Shown here: positions 8,304 through 18,010 of the stretch, piece after piece
Layout: every line of letters begins with the position of its first letter
How positions within the stretch are numbered: the stretch's first letter is position 1
Origin: an uncultured Gammaproteobacteria bacterium
GTDB taxonomy: Bacteria > Patescibacteriota > Patescibacteriia > S139-126
Length of the DNA: 64,000 nucleotides
Assembly: GCA_964493305.1 (NCBI GenBank)
Contig: CAZBLW010000001.1
Coordinates: 473,513-537,512, forward strand
Reading direction: 5' to 3'
Position numbers and translations under genes: made by a program
Notes under the pieces: generated by a model
Databases searched by the model: none
What the model was told of the DNA's origin: nothing
What the model saw: only the letters and a program-made list of their open reading frames with translations

Positions 8304-9539
8304 ATGAAAAAAAACCCAAACATAAAAATTATTACTCTGATTTTATTGATTGCGTCGTTAATGGCGCCGTTATTTTTTGCTTGGGCGCAACTAATAAACC
8401 CCGATCAAGTTGCCGTAGAAATCAATCAATTACAACAAGATATTAATTCAAAAAAAGATGAAATCAGTGATATTGAAGCGCAAATTTCTCGTTACCAAAC
8501 TGCTATTAGAAATAAGCAAAATGAAAAAGTTTCGCTTTCTAACCAAATGGAAATAATTGATGACCAAATTGCTAAAACCGAATTAGAAGTTTTACGTATT
8601 CAAGAACAAATCAATCAAATTAATTTAGAAATCAAGTTAAATCAAGAAAAAATTGATCTAAATAATAACAAAATTGCCAAAGTAAGAACTCAAATAGCTG
8701 AATTTATTCGCACCATGAACCGTCAAGATGATAAAACCTACTTGGAAGTAATGGTTTTATACGATTCCTTATCTCAATTTTTCAATGAAATTACCTACTT
8801 AGAGAGTCTGGAAGGGGACTTAAAGCTCAGTTTAGACCAAATCAAAAGCTTAAAAGCAGATTTAGAAGCCAATCAGCTAGATTTAACCAATAAACAAGCC
8901 CGTTTAAATGAAATTAAAATAGAATTAGCAGAAAAAAAAGAAGATTTACAAATGACCCAGAATACCAAAAGCTATTTACTTGATCAAACCAGAAGAGATG
9001 AAGCCAGATATCAGCAGTTATTGAACGAAGAAAAATCTCTTTACGAAAAAATGAATAACGAAATAGCTTATTTGGAACGGACAATTAGAGAAAAAATGGC
9101 CAACTCCGGTCAACTAGGGGATATATCAAAATCAGGAATGATTTGGCCGGTTGGTTCACAATATATTACCTCATATTTTCACGACCCTGATTATCCTTAT
9201 CGTAATGTCTTTGAACATCCCGCTATTGATATTAGGGCTAAACAAGGCGAGGTAATTAAAGCAGCAGCTTCAGGCTACGTAGCTAGAGCTAAAGATGCAG
9301 GTATGGGCTATAGTTATATAATGATTGTACATGATAGCGGTATCTCAACCGTTTATGGTCATGTTTCCAGTATTTTAGTGGAAGAAGATACTTATGTTGT
9401 TCAAGGTCAAACAATAGGATTAGTTGGCGGTACACCTGGAACTCCTGGTGCCGGCAGACTAACAACCGGGCCACATCTTCATTTTGAAGTTAGATTAAAT
9501 GGTATTCCTGTAAACCCTCTTAATTATTTAAGTTACTAA
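8304..9539 (+). CDS. EnvC-like M23 peptidase (N-terminal anchor, long coiled coil, C-terminal LytM domain)
   Basis: The N-terminus has a TM/signal segment and about 250 aa is heptad-rich. The C-terminus has the M23 motifs HDSGISTVYGH and GPHLHFEV. Confidence 0.8.
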   Translation: MKKNPNIKIITLILLIASLMAPLFFAWAQLINPDQVAVEINQLQQDINSKKDEISDIEAQISRYQTAIRNKQNEKVSLSNQMEIIDDQIAKTELEVLRIQEQINQINLEIKLNQEKIDLNNNKIAKVRTQIAEFIRTMNRQDDKTYLEVMVLYDSLSQFFNEITYLESLEGDLKLSLDQIKSLKADLEANQLDLTNKQARLNEIKIELAEKKEDLQMTQNTKSYLLDQTRRDEARYQQLLNEEKSLYEKMNNEIAYLERTIREKMANSGQLGDISKSGMIWPVGSQYITSYFHDPDYPYRNVFEHPAIDIRAKQGEVIKAAASGYVARAKDAGMGYSYIMIVHDSGISTVYGHVSSILVEEDTYVVQGQTIGLVGGTPGTPGAGRLTTGPHLHFEVRLNGIPVNPLNYLSY

Positions 9540-9764
9540 ATGGAAAATAGTCGGGAATCAGCGCAACTACGAAATCAAAAACGAGTTTGTCAGGTTTGTG
9601 GTAAAGAATATACAATCAATACCACTAGGCAAGTCGAAAATTTTGCAAACTATCCCAATATCTGTTTATGGTGTTTACAATCCGCAGAAACAAAAGAACA
9701 AATTAAAGCTTACGCAGAAAAACTCAAGTCAAAAGATGACCCGATAAAAGAAGGAGATAAGTAA
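9540..9764 (+). CDS. Small zinc-ribbon protein (CxxC...CxxC), hypothetical
   Basis: CQVCGK...CLWCLQ. Translational coupling with the upstream gene (TAAATG). Confidence 0.35.
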   Translation: MENSRESAQLRNQKRVCQVCGKEYTINTTRQVENFANYPNICLWCLQSAETKEQIKAYAEKLKSKDDPIKEGDK

Positions 9765-9848
9765 AATAAATAATTTTTTTATAAGTAATGTGTCGCACAA
9801 TAAACCTTATACGACACTTAATCCTAGATATTATAAAAAGCTAAATAT

Positions 9849-10694
9849 TTACTTATAGTATACCCAGCCTGGATTTGATAAATCTATGTATTCTGTAACA
9901 ACTAGATTATCTTTTTCTAAACGGAGGTACAGATTATGTAATGTTTCAATTTGTTTATCGAGATCAACCTGACCATTCAGTTTAATCTTATAATTGTTTG
10001 CGGTATTGATTATAACTTTATCTTGATAGTTTTCTAATATCTCAAAACTACCAATTTGTGTTTGGGAGCTAGTTTTAGACCAGTTTTCGTTTAGATATAT
10101 TAATTTACTTAAATAATCAAGGTCAGCAATTTTGGCGCCAATAGTTAGATTATATGGCCAAAATTCTAAAATTGGAAAAGTTGAAGTTGGTATTGATTCT
10201 AAAATATTAATAAGATTACCTGACTTGTCCAAAGTAAAAAACTGACCTTGGTTTTTTAAATAAAAACTAGCTACCCTTTCAACTAAATTAATTTCTATGG
10301 TTTTATCTGTGTAGTTTTTATTTATTTTTATATTTTCTAACAAAATTTGGTTTTGAATACTTTTTTTAAAACTATTGGTATCAAAAAAAATTATCTTATC
10401 TTGCGTAAATATTAAAAATTTTCTGTTTAGTTGCTGTTGTTGAGCTATTTCCAAAACTAAATTTTGAGTTATACTGCCACCTCCGGAAATAAAAAACTTT
10501 TTTATTTGCCAATAGGTTGTAAATTGAAAAAAATAATAAACACCAAATAAAATCAGGGCTATTAATATTGTGTTCACCCAAATGGCAGCTTTTTTGTGAT
10601 CTTTTAAAAAAAAGGGGTTATAAAAATTTTTTTTATAATAATCCCTTTTTTTATTAAATTTATTTTTTTTAAAATAAATTTTTGATTTATCCAT
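9849..10694 (-). CDS. ftsQ: Cell division protein FtsQ/DivIB-like (POTRA domain)
   Basis: The architecture is a basic cytoplasmic N-terminus, one TM segment, the block IKKFFISGGGSITQ and a C-terminal EYIDLSNPGWVYYK resembling the FtsQ beta-domain end. Confidence 0.5.
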   Translation of the reverse strand: MDKSKIYFKKNKFNKKRDYYKKNFYNPFFLKDHKKAAIWVNTILIALILFGVYYFFQFTTYWQIKKFFISGGGSITQNLVLEIAQQQQLNRKFLIFTQDKIIFFDTNSFKKSIQNQILLENIKINKNYTDKTIEINLVERVASFYLKNQGQFFTLDKSGNLINILESIPTSTFPILEFWPYNLTIGAKIADLDYLSKLIYLNENWSKTSSQTQIGSFEILENYQDKVIINTANNYKIKLNGQVDLDKQIETLHNLYLRLEKDNLVVTEYIDLSNPGWVYYK

Positions 10695-10742
10695 ACCCTA
10701 TTATGTAAACCAAAGTAATAAATTAGTGTCGCAAAATATTTA

Positions 10743-12032
10743 TCAAACAATTGTAGAAAATTTGGTATATTTTTGTAATACTTGAGGTATTTTTATTGAA
10801 CCGTCAGCTTGTTGATTATTTTCCAAAATAGCAATTAAAGTACGGCCAATTGCAAATGTGGTAGCATCATTCATGTGAACAAACTCTATTTTACCATCAG
10901 ATCTTTTGACCCTGGTATTTAAGCGTCGAGCTTGATAATCTGACATATAGTCAGCTGTGTGTGTTTCGCGATAAGTTTTTTGACTTGGCAACCAGGTATT
11001 GAGATCAATTTGTCTAGCATCAGGTGTGCCCATATCACCAGTACAAACCAAAACTAACTCATAGGGTAACTCCAATTGTTGCATCAAATATTCTTGAATA
11101 GCAATTATAAAATCTTGTTCAACTACGGCTTTTTCTGCGGTGGTAAAAGTTTCTAACTCAATTTTATCAAATTGGTGAACTCGTAAAATTCCTTTGGTAT
11201 CCTTACCATATGATCCAGCTTCGCGTCGAAAAGCTGGAGAAAGCGCTATAAACCTTTTTGGTAAATCAGATTCATTGAAGGTATGGTCCATAAACATTGG
11301 GCCGGTTGTATGTTCAGCTGAACCGATTAAATATAAATTATCTTTAGGTAAATAATATTTGTCTTCATCCCCTATTTTTAACCTACCCATTTTTTCGTAA
11401 ACTTCAGGTTTAATCATATAAGGTGGTATTATTGGTATAAACGGTTCTGGGGTTGTGGCTAAATTATTTTTTTCAATAATATTAGCCAAAATTTTTTCAT
11501 CAGTTAATACCTCAAAAGCGAAGTTTATCAGAGCAAATTGCAACCAAACTGCTTGATTTTTTAAATAATTAAATCTAGCACCCGCTACCTTAGCGGAAGT
11601 TTCAATATCAATAATATCATGCATTTTACCTAACAAAACATGATCTTTGGGTTGAAAACCAAAATCTTTCTTTTGACCCACTTGTTTAATTACTTGGTTG
11701 CCACTTTCATCTTTTCCGATTGGCACTTCCGGCAGAGTTAAATTTGGTATTTGATACAATAATGTCAAAATTTCCTCATCTATCAATCTAATTTTTGATT
11801 CATACTCACTAATCTTTTTACCTAAATCTTTTAATTTTTGGGCAATTGCCGGAGAAGGTTTAGATTTGGAAAATTTATTTTTTTCTGTTCGCCAAGTTTC
11901 TAATTCCTTTTGCAAATCCATCTTTTTTTCATAAACTGAAATCAATCTAGCTAAATCAACTTTAATATTACGATTGAAATTGTTTTTTTCAACTAATTCA
12001 ATATTATCTTTAATAAATTTTATGTCTAACAT
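10743..12032 (-). CDS. serS: Seryl-tRNA synthetase
   Basis: MLDIKFIKDN begins the N-terminal coiled-coil arm, followed by class II core motifs. Length is 429 aa. Confidence 0.9.
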   Translation of the reverse strand: MLDIKFIKDNIELVEKNNFNRNIKVDLARLISVYEKKMDLQKELETWRTEKNKFSKSKPSPAIAQKLKDLGKKISEYESKIRLIDEEILTLLYQIPNLTLPEVPIGKDESGNQVIKQVGQKKDFGFQPKDHVLLGKMHDIIDIETSAKVAGARFNYLKNQAVWLQFALINFAFEVLTDEKILANIIEKNNLATTPEPFIPIIPPYMIKPEVYEKMGRLKIGDEDKYYLPKDNLYLIGSAEHTTGPMFMDHTFNESDLPKRFIALSPAFRREAGSYGKDTKGILRVHQFDKIELETFTTAEKAVVEQDFIIAIQEYLMQQLELPYELVLVCTGDMGTPDARQIDLNTWLPSQKTYRETHTADYMSDYQARRLNTRVKRSDGKIEFVHMNDATTFAIGRTLIAILENNQQADGSIKIPQVLQKYTKFSTIV

Positions 12033-12035
12033 AAA

Positions 12036-12638
12036 TTATAATGAATTTATATCTTTAATAAGTTGTTTGACTGCATTTAAACGATGATTATATAATTTTT
12101 TTTCTTTTTTGTTAAATTCACTTAAATACTTTCCGGCTTTACCAACAAAAAAAACTGATCTGATAGGATAACCTGGTTGTACTTTAACTGATGGTTCTTT
12201 GGTGATTTCACCTTCGATTTGTCCAGTTGCCTGTAGGTATCTGGTTGTATCAGGATTATAGATGGTGACTACGGTTTTTAAAACAGCTTGTCTGTCACTG
12301 GTATTATAATTTTTCATTTTTTCTAATATTTTTTTTATTAATTCTTCATCAGTTAATACACGATCAGAACCCCAACGTCTAGTTTTAACACCAGGAAAAT
12401 TATCTAATTTGGGTATTTCTAAGCCACCATCATCTGCTAAAGTTAAAAATCCTGACAAATTAGCATAAAATTTTGCTTTATATAACGAATTGGCGGCAAA
12501 ACTATCACCCGGTTCATCAGCGGTCTGAGTTATATTTAAGTCAGCTAAGGTTACTATTGTAAAAGGATGCTGACTTAATATTTCGGTATAATCACTAATT
12601 TTAGCTAAATTATGAGAAGCAATTAATATCTTTTTCAT
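12036..12638 (-). CDS. rdgB: Non-canonical purine NTP pyrophosphatase (RdgB/HAM1 family)
   Basis: ILIASHNLAKISDY and a C-terminal QPGYPIRSVFF...YNHRLNA resemble the Ham1 fold signature. Confidence 0.7.
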   Translation of the reverse strand: MKKILIASHNLAKISDYTEILSQHPFTIVTLADLNITQTADEPGDSFAANSLYKAKFYANLSGFLTLADDGGLEIPKLDNFPGVKTRRWGSDRVLTDEELIKKILEKMKNYNTSDRQAVLKTVVTIYNPDTTRYLQATGQIEGEITKEPSVKVQPGYPIRSVFFVGKAGKYLSEFNKKEKKLYNHRLNAVKQLIKDINSL

Positions 12639-12639
12639 A

Positions 12640-14760
12640 CTATAAACCTAATTTAACATGATTTTTCTGCATAGCTTGGAGGGCTATGGTGATAATTTCA
12701 TCCAAGGGTAATTGTAAATAATCTTCAGCTTTTTGAATAATTGATCTATTAACACCAGCCGCAAAAGATTTTTGTTTAAACTTTTTTTTGACAGTATCCA
12801 AAGTTACTGATGATAAAAGTTTATCTGGTTGTACTAAAGCACAAGCAGATATAAGACCAGCCAATTCTTCGACTGAATATAAAGTTTTAGCAAGTAAAGT
12901 TGTTAATGATAATTCATGCAAATAATTGTGTGCTTTAATTGCATAAATAATTTCTGGATGCAAACCGTGTTTATTTAAAATTTTTTCTGTTTCTAAGCCA
13001 TGCAAATGTGCTTGATCTTTGGTTTGTAGATAATCAAGATCATGCAATAAACCGGCAATACCCCAAACATCTTGATTGGCGGCAAATTTATCGGCAAATG
13101 CCCTCATAATATACTCTACGGCCAAAGAATGCTTATATAAAGGATTGTCAGCTGGTATGTAACTGTCCAAAATCTTTAGTGCTTGCTGATAAGATATTCC
13201 TGGATCAGCAATAATATCAGCATCAGTAATCAAAGTGGTTGTCTGTGATTTACTGAGGGTTTTACTTTTCATTAAAGGAAATAATACATTATCTTTTAAA
13301 TTTTCCTCTTGGCTAAATAGAGTACAAATTCTATCAATACCCATCCCCCACCCGGAAATCGGTGGCAGGCCGTATTCCATCGCTTTTATATAATCTTCAT
13401 CCATCATCATCGCTTCTTCATCGCCTTGAGCTTTCAACTGACTCTGTTCCATTAATCTACTTCTTTGTTCAAATGGATCTACTAACTCCGAATAAGCATT
13501 TACTATCTCCCAACCATTAACAATTAATTGAAAACGATCGGCAATATTTTTATTGTCATCATTGGCCCGAGCCAAAGGTGACAAACTAATCGGATGATTA
13601 ATTAAAAAAGTAGGTTGTATAATTTTATCTCGAGCAACTTTTTTATATAAGGCATCAATTAAGTTTCCCATGCCTAAATTTTCTGTATTATCTAAACTAA
13701 TTTTTTCTTGCGTTATTTGTTTTAACAATTCAGTTTTATCTTTGATTTTCTCAATATCGATTTTGGTATATTTTAAAATTAAATCACGCATGGTAACAAC
13801 CGCAAAAGGTGGTTTAAAATTTAAAGTTTGCCCAAACAATTTTATTTGGTAAGTGCCAAATATGTCTAAAATAAGATCGGCGAACAAATTTTCAGTAAAA
13901 TTCTTATTATCTTCCCAATTCCAATAAGCCACATAGTATTCTAACATAGTAAATTCCTGAAGATGGGAAGGATCAATTCCTTCATTGCGGAAACACTTGG
14001 CAAATTCGAAAACTTTCTCATAACCACCGACAATGAGTCTTTTTAAGTAGGTCTCCGGAGCAATTCGTAAATAAAAATCAGCTGCTAAAGCTTGGTGATG
14101 AGTGATAAAAGGTTTAGCCAGTGCCCCAGAAGCTGTGGGAGTCAATATAGGTGTTTCGACTTCTATAAAATTATGTTGTTGGAGATAATTACGCAAAAAA
14201 TTAATAATTTTTGTTCTTTGCAAAAATTTTGCTTTTGTTTCAGGATTAACCAATAAATCTAAATATCTTTGACGATATAAAGATTCTTTATCTTTTAAAC
14301 CGTGAAATTTTTCCGGTAAAGAGCGAAATGCTTTGCCTAAAAATATATATTCATGAACCATTAAGGTAATTTCTCCTTTATGAGTTCTAAATATTTTTCC
14401 AGTTATACCAATATAATCACCTAGGTCAAAATACTTGACTAAATTATAAAGTTCAGAATTTAAGCTATCAGCTGTAAAAGCAATTTGTATTTTGCCAGAG
14501 AAATCCTGTAAATTTGCAAAGGTAATTTTACCATGTTCACGAAGTGTCATAATTCTTCCAGCCGTTGTAAAAGTAGTGCTGTCTGTGGACAATTTTTCCG
14601 CCTGAGGAATTTCATGACTATTAGCATAGTCAATTATTTCATTTATCTGGTGCTGTTTTTCAAATCTTTCCGGGTATGGATTAAAACCAGCCTTGGTCAA
14701 GCTTTTTAACTTTTCTTGTCTAATGGCGAAATCTTCAGATAAATTACTATCTTTAGTCAT
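12640..14760 (-). CDS. lysS: Lysyl-tRNA synthetase (class II) fused to a C-terminal HD-domain phosphohydrolase (YqeK/HDIG-like)
   Basis: The first ~500 aa are a complete LysRS, with an anticodon-binding OB fold and class II motifs, ending GMGIDRICTLF. The last ~200 aa contain HSLAVEY...GIAGLLHDLDY, an H...HD...D HD-domain signature. Confidence 0.85.
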   Translation of the reverse strand: MTKDSNLSEDFAIRQEKLKSLTKAGFNPYPERFEKQHQINEIIDYANSHEIPQAEKLSTDSTTFTTAGRIMTLREHGKITFANLQDFSGKIQIAFTADSLNSELYNLVKYFDLGDYIGITGKIFRTHKGEITLMVHEYIFLGKAFRSLPEKFHGLKDKESLYRQRYLDLLVNPETKAKFLQRTKIINFLRNYLQQHNFIEVETPILTPTASGALAKPFITHHQALAADFYLRIAPETYLKRLIVGGYEKVFEFAKCFRNEGIDPSHLQEFTMLEYYVAYWNWEDNKNFTENLFADLILDIFGTYQIKLFGQTLNFKPPFAVVTMRDLILKYTKIDIEKIKDKTELLKQITQEKISLDNTENLGMGNLIDALYKKVARDKIIQPTFLINHPISLSPLARANDDNKNIADRFQLIVNGWEIVNAYSELVDPFEQRSRLMEQSQLKAQGDEEAMMMDEDYIKAMEYGLPPISGWGMGIDRICTLFSQEENLKDNVLFPLMKSKTLSKSQTTTLITDADIIADPGISYQQALKILDSYIPADNPLYKHSLAVEYIMRAFADKFAANQDVWGIAGLLHDLDYLQTKDQAHLHGLETEKILNKHGLHPEIIYAIKAHNYLHELSLTTLLAKTLYSVEELAGLISACALVQPDKLLSSVTLDTVKKKFKQKSFAAGVNRSIIQKAEDYLQLPLDEIITIALQAMQKNHVKLGL

Positions 14761-14831
14761 AAAAATAAAATTGATTTATACATCAATTATAAAAGTTTTA
14801 GAGTATTATGCAAGTTGTTTTGCAATCAGTT

Positions 14832-15293
14832 CTACTTGATATCTAAAATTTTATATTTAATTTTTCCCTTAGGAATTTCAACTTCTAGAATATCACCTTT
14901 TTTTCTCCCTAAAAAAGATTGTCCCAACGGGGATTCGTTAGAAATTTTTCCTTCCTGGGGGTTTACTTCATTAGAACTGACAATTTTAAACTCGATTTGT
15001 TTATCGTTTTGACTAACTACAATGGTATTGCCCATTTCAACTTCAGTTTTATTTATACTTGAAGTATCAGCTACTGTCGCAACTCTTAATAATTCTTCTA
15101 GTTCGTTTATTTTTTTGGCAATCAATCCCTGTTCATCTTTGGCTTCCTGGTATTCTGCATTCTCAGATAAATCTCCGAGCTCTTTAGCCTCAGCTATTCT
15201 TTTAGCTAACTCGGGAATTTTTACTTTTTTTAAATGTTCTAACTCTTCCTTAATTTTTTGATGACCTTGTTCAGTTAGTAATTTATCTGACAT
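14832..15293 (-). CDS. greA: Transcription elongation factor GreA
   Basis: The N-terminal coiled coil with ELGDLSENAEYQEAKDEQ and a C-terminal FKBP-like domain are present. Confidence 0.9.
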   Translation of the reverse strand: MSDKLLTEQGHQKIKEELEHLKKVKIPELAKRIAEAKELGDLSENAEYQEAKDEQGLIAKKINELEELLRVATVADTSSINKTEVEMGNTIVVSQNDKQIEFKIVSSNEVNPQEGKISNESPLGQSFLGRKKGDILEVEIPKGKIKYKILDIK

Positions 15294-15299
15294 AATTTT

Positions 15300-16235
15300 T
15301 TATTTATTTCTCTTTTGTGAAAATTTAAACCAATCGACTAAAATTGGTGAGGCAATAAAGATCGAAGAATAAGTACCAATACCGATACCTACCAGTAAAG
15401 CTAAGACAAACTGTTTGATACTATCACCACCAAAAAAATACACGGCAAATAATACCAAAAGAGTTGTAAAGGAGGTATTTACCGAACGAGCAAAAGTTTG
15501 ATTCATTGAATCTTCAACTGCCTGAGTAAAGTCTTCATGGCGAGTAAAAATATTTTCCCGAATACGATCAAAAACTACGATCGTATCATTGACCGAATAA
15601 CCTAAAGTAGTAAGTAAAGCGGTGATAAATAAAATATTAACTTCGTAACCTAAAAACTTACCTAAAATAGAAAATACACCCAATAAAATTATAATATCAT
15701 GAAACAATGCTACTAGTGCCGCTAGACCATATTTCCAAGAAACAACCGGATAAGACACTTTTCTAAAAGCATAGGCAATAAATAAAATAATAAAAAGCAA
15801 GGTGAGAACTATAGTGTAAGTTGCTTTATTGCGTAGATCCACACCTATACTCGGCCCGATTGATTCAAATCTCAATTGCTCCACATTGCCTTGATACTTG
15901 TCTTGATAAAAATTGGAGATGCTGGTTAATAAAGAATCGTGTTCATCTTCAGTTAAATCTTTGAGTCGCAATATAAAAGTATTATCTTCGGATGGTTGAG
16001 TGTTGAAATTACCTAAATTTAATTCTTTGACCTGGTTATTTAATTCATCTATGGTTGGTGTAGCAGCTGAAAATTTTATTTCTAATAAAGACCCGCCAGT
16101 AAAATCAATACCAGGTTTAAATCCCCATAAAATTATGGAAACCAAGGAAACAACTGTCATTATTCCAGAAAGAATATACCAATATTTTCTTTTTCTAATA
16201 AAAGGAAAATTCATAAATTTACTTAAAAAAACCAA
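15300..16235 (-). CDS. secF: Protein translocase subunit SecF
   Basis: Six-TM SecF topology with the periplasmic GIDFTGGSLLEI block. It is translationally coupled to secD. Confidence 0.85.
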   Translation of the reverse strand: MVFLSKFMNFPFIRKRKYWYILSGIMTVVSLVSIILWGFKPGIDFTGGSLLEIKFSAATPTIDELNNQVKELNLGNFNTQPSEDNTFILRLKDLTEDEHDSLLTSISNFYQDKYQGNVEQLRFESIGPSIGVDLRNKATYTIVLTLLFIILFIAYAFRKVSYPVVSWKYGLAALVALFHDIIILLGVFSILGKFLGYEVNILFITALLTTLGYSVNDTIVVFDRIRENIFTRHEDFTQAVEDSMNQTFARSVNTSFTTLLVLFAVYFFGGDSIKQFVLALLVGIGIGTYSSIFIASPILVDWFKFSQKRNK

Positions 16236-17952
16236 ATAACCACTTATATTTTTCTAATTTTTTTATCATAAACAATTCTAGTAATGTTTTAGTGATAAAT
16301 ATAGCACTAAACATACTGACGACAACACCAATACTTAGAGTTAAGGCAAAACCTTTTATAACTGAAGTGCCAAACCAAAATAGTATTGCTGTGGTAATCA
16401 ACGTAGATAAATTGGAATCTCTAATAGCCGGCCAAGCCCTTTTGAAACCATCGTTTAGGGCTAAATCTAGTGGTTCACCTCGTTTTAACTCTTCTTTAAC
16501 TCTTTCAAAAATTAAAACGTTAGCATCAACTGCCATACCTAGAGAAAGTATAAAACCAGCAATTCCGGCTAAAGTTAAAGTGACTGGGATAAATTGAAAT
16601 AAACCAAAAACGATTACTCCATACATAGCCAAAGAAATAGTGGCAAATAAACCAAGTAATCGATAATACAACATCATGAAGACGGATACAGCAATAATAC
16701 CAATCAAACCGGCAAACATACTTTGTTGGATACTTTTAGCACCTAAGGCTGGGCCAATAGTTTGTTGAGTTACTAGACTGATTGGTACTGGTAAGGCGCC
16801 AGCATTTAATCTTTGCGCCAAAAGTTTTGCTTCAGAAATCGTGAAATCGCCACTGATTACCGCCTCACCATCAGTAATTTCGGTTTGGACAGTTGGAATT
16901 GAAATTGGTTGTCCATCTAAAAATATAGCTACGGGTTTATTTAAGTTTTTCTTGGTAATTTCGGCAAATAAATTTTTACCCTCTTCATCAAAACGCAGAC
17001 TAACTTCTGGTGCATTGGTATTTTGATTGAAAACTAATTGAGCGCGTACTAAATTTTTTCCAGATAATTGAGTATTGACCCATTGGTCATCATTGGCAAA
17101 TAAGTCTTGGGGACTAATTTTGGCTATTAGAATATGTCGTGATTCCACTTCTCTGGTATCACCAAATCCTTTTTCTGACAATTTTTGGATAATATGAAAA
17201 CCAAATGATGTTTCCACTGGCTCTGGGGCAATTTCACCGTCAGCTAATTGATCAAAAATCACATTTTCAAATTCCGGTATCAGTACTCCCCTTTTAACAA
17301 AACCTAAATTACCACCTTGATCTTTGCTACCCGGATCTTGTGAATATTCTTTAGCTAAGGTAGCAAAATCTTCACCATTGTTTAACTTTGTTAAAACTTC
17401 ATTGGCTTTTTCTTTGGCTTGAGTATTATAATCGTCTAGAATTTTTTGTTGCTCAGGAGTTAGATTTACTTCGCCAGTAAAATTGGGATTTTGTTCTTTG
17501 AATTCTAGCAGGGGCGTTTCACCAATTTGTTTAATTGCTTCATTGATATCAAAAACACCTGCCAATTCAACAATGACCCGATAATTGTCCCCTTCTTTGT
17601 TGGTTTGAATAAGTGGTTCGGCAATACCGAAAGTATTAACTCTTCTTTCAATAACATCTCTAACTCCTTCAACAGCTGATGCTTTATCAGCATCAGGTAT
17701 TTGGGAGGTATCAGCTTGAAAAACTAAATGGGCACCTCCTTGCAAATCAAGTCCAAGTTTTGGTACAAACGAATCAAACCACGCTTTACCAGGCACCCAA
17801 GTTGGCATCACCGGATAAACTATACCACCAAAAAATAAAAAAATAATAACTATAAAAACTGTTTTCAGCCATAGTTTTTGCCTAGCTCCTAATTTAGTCG
17901 GTTGATTGATTGATTTAGACATAGTTATAAAAATTGATGGATTAACCATCAA
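16219..17952 (-). CDS. secD: Protein translocase subunit SecD with an inserted parvulin-like PPIase domain in the periplasmic head
   Basis: SecD blocks LGLDLQGGAHLVF, PLLEFK, AIFLDGQPISIPTVQ and LNAGALPVPISLV plus the TM bundle are present. About 140 aa containing DFATLAKEYSQDPGSKDQGGNLGFV...SFGFHIIQKL are inserted between them. Confidence 0.85.
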   Translation of the reverse strand: MMVNPSIFITMSKSINQPTKLGARQKLWLKTVFIVIIFLFFGGIVYPVMPTWVPGKAWFDSFVPKLGLDLQGGAHLVFQADTSQIPDADKASAVEGVRDVIERRVNTFGIAEPLIQTNKEGDNYRVIVELAGVFDINEAIKQIGETPLLEFKEQNPNFTGEVNLTPEQQKILDDYNTQAKEKANEVLTKLNNGEDFATLAKEYSQDPGSKDQGGNLGFVKRGVLIPEFENVIFDQLADGEIAPEPVETSFGFHIIQKLSEKGFGDTREVESRHILIAKISPQDLFANDDQWVNTQLSGKNLVRAQLVFNQNTNAPEVSLRFDEEGKNLFAEITKKNLNKPVAIFLDGQPISIPTVQTEITDGEAVISGDFTISEAKLLAQRLNAGALPVPISLVTQQTIGPALGAKSIQQSMFAGLIGIIAVSVFMMLYYRLLGLFATISLAMYGVIVFGLFQFIPVTLTLAGIAGFILSLGMAVDANVLIFERVKEELKRGEPLDLALNDGFKRAWPAIRDSNLSTLITTAILFWFGTSVIKGFALTLSIGVVVSMFSAIFITKTLLELFMIKKLEKYKWLFGFFK

Positions 17953-18010
17953 ATATTTAACGAATATATTATATCTATCCTATAAAAAAATGCAAGCCTG
18001 ATTTTAGATA

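Noticed and set aside
9775-9848. Inverted repeat GTGTCG...CGACAC (6-bp stem, 16-nt loop) between the zinc-ribbon gene and the FtsQ-like gene. I considered it as a terminator or small RNA.
   Set aside because: The stem is short, the loop is large and no U-tract follows on either strand. That is insufficient for a confident terminator or ncRNA call.
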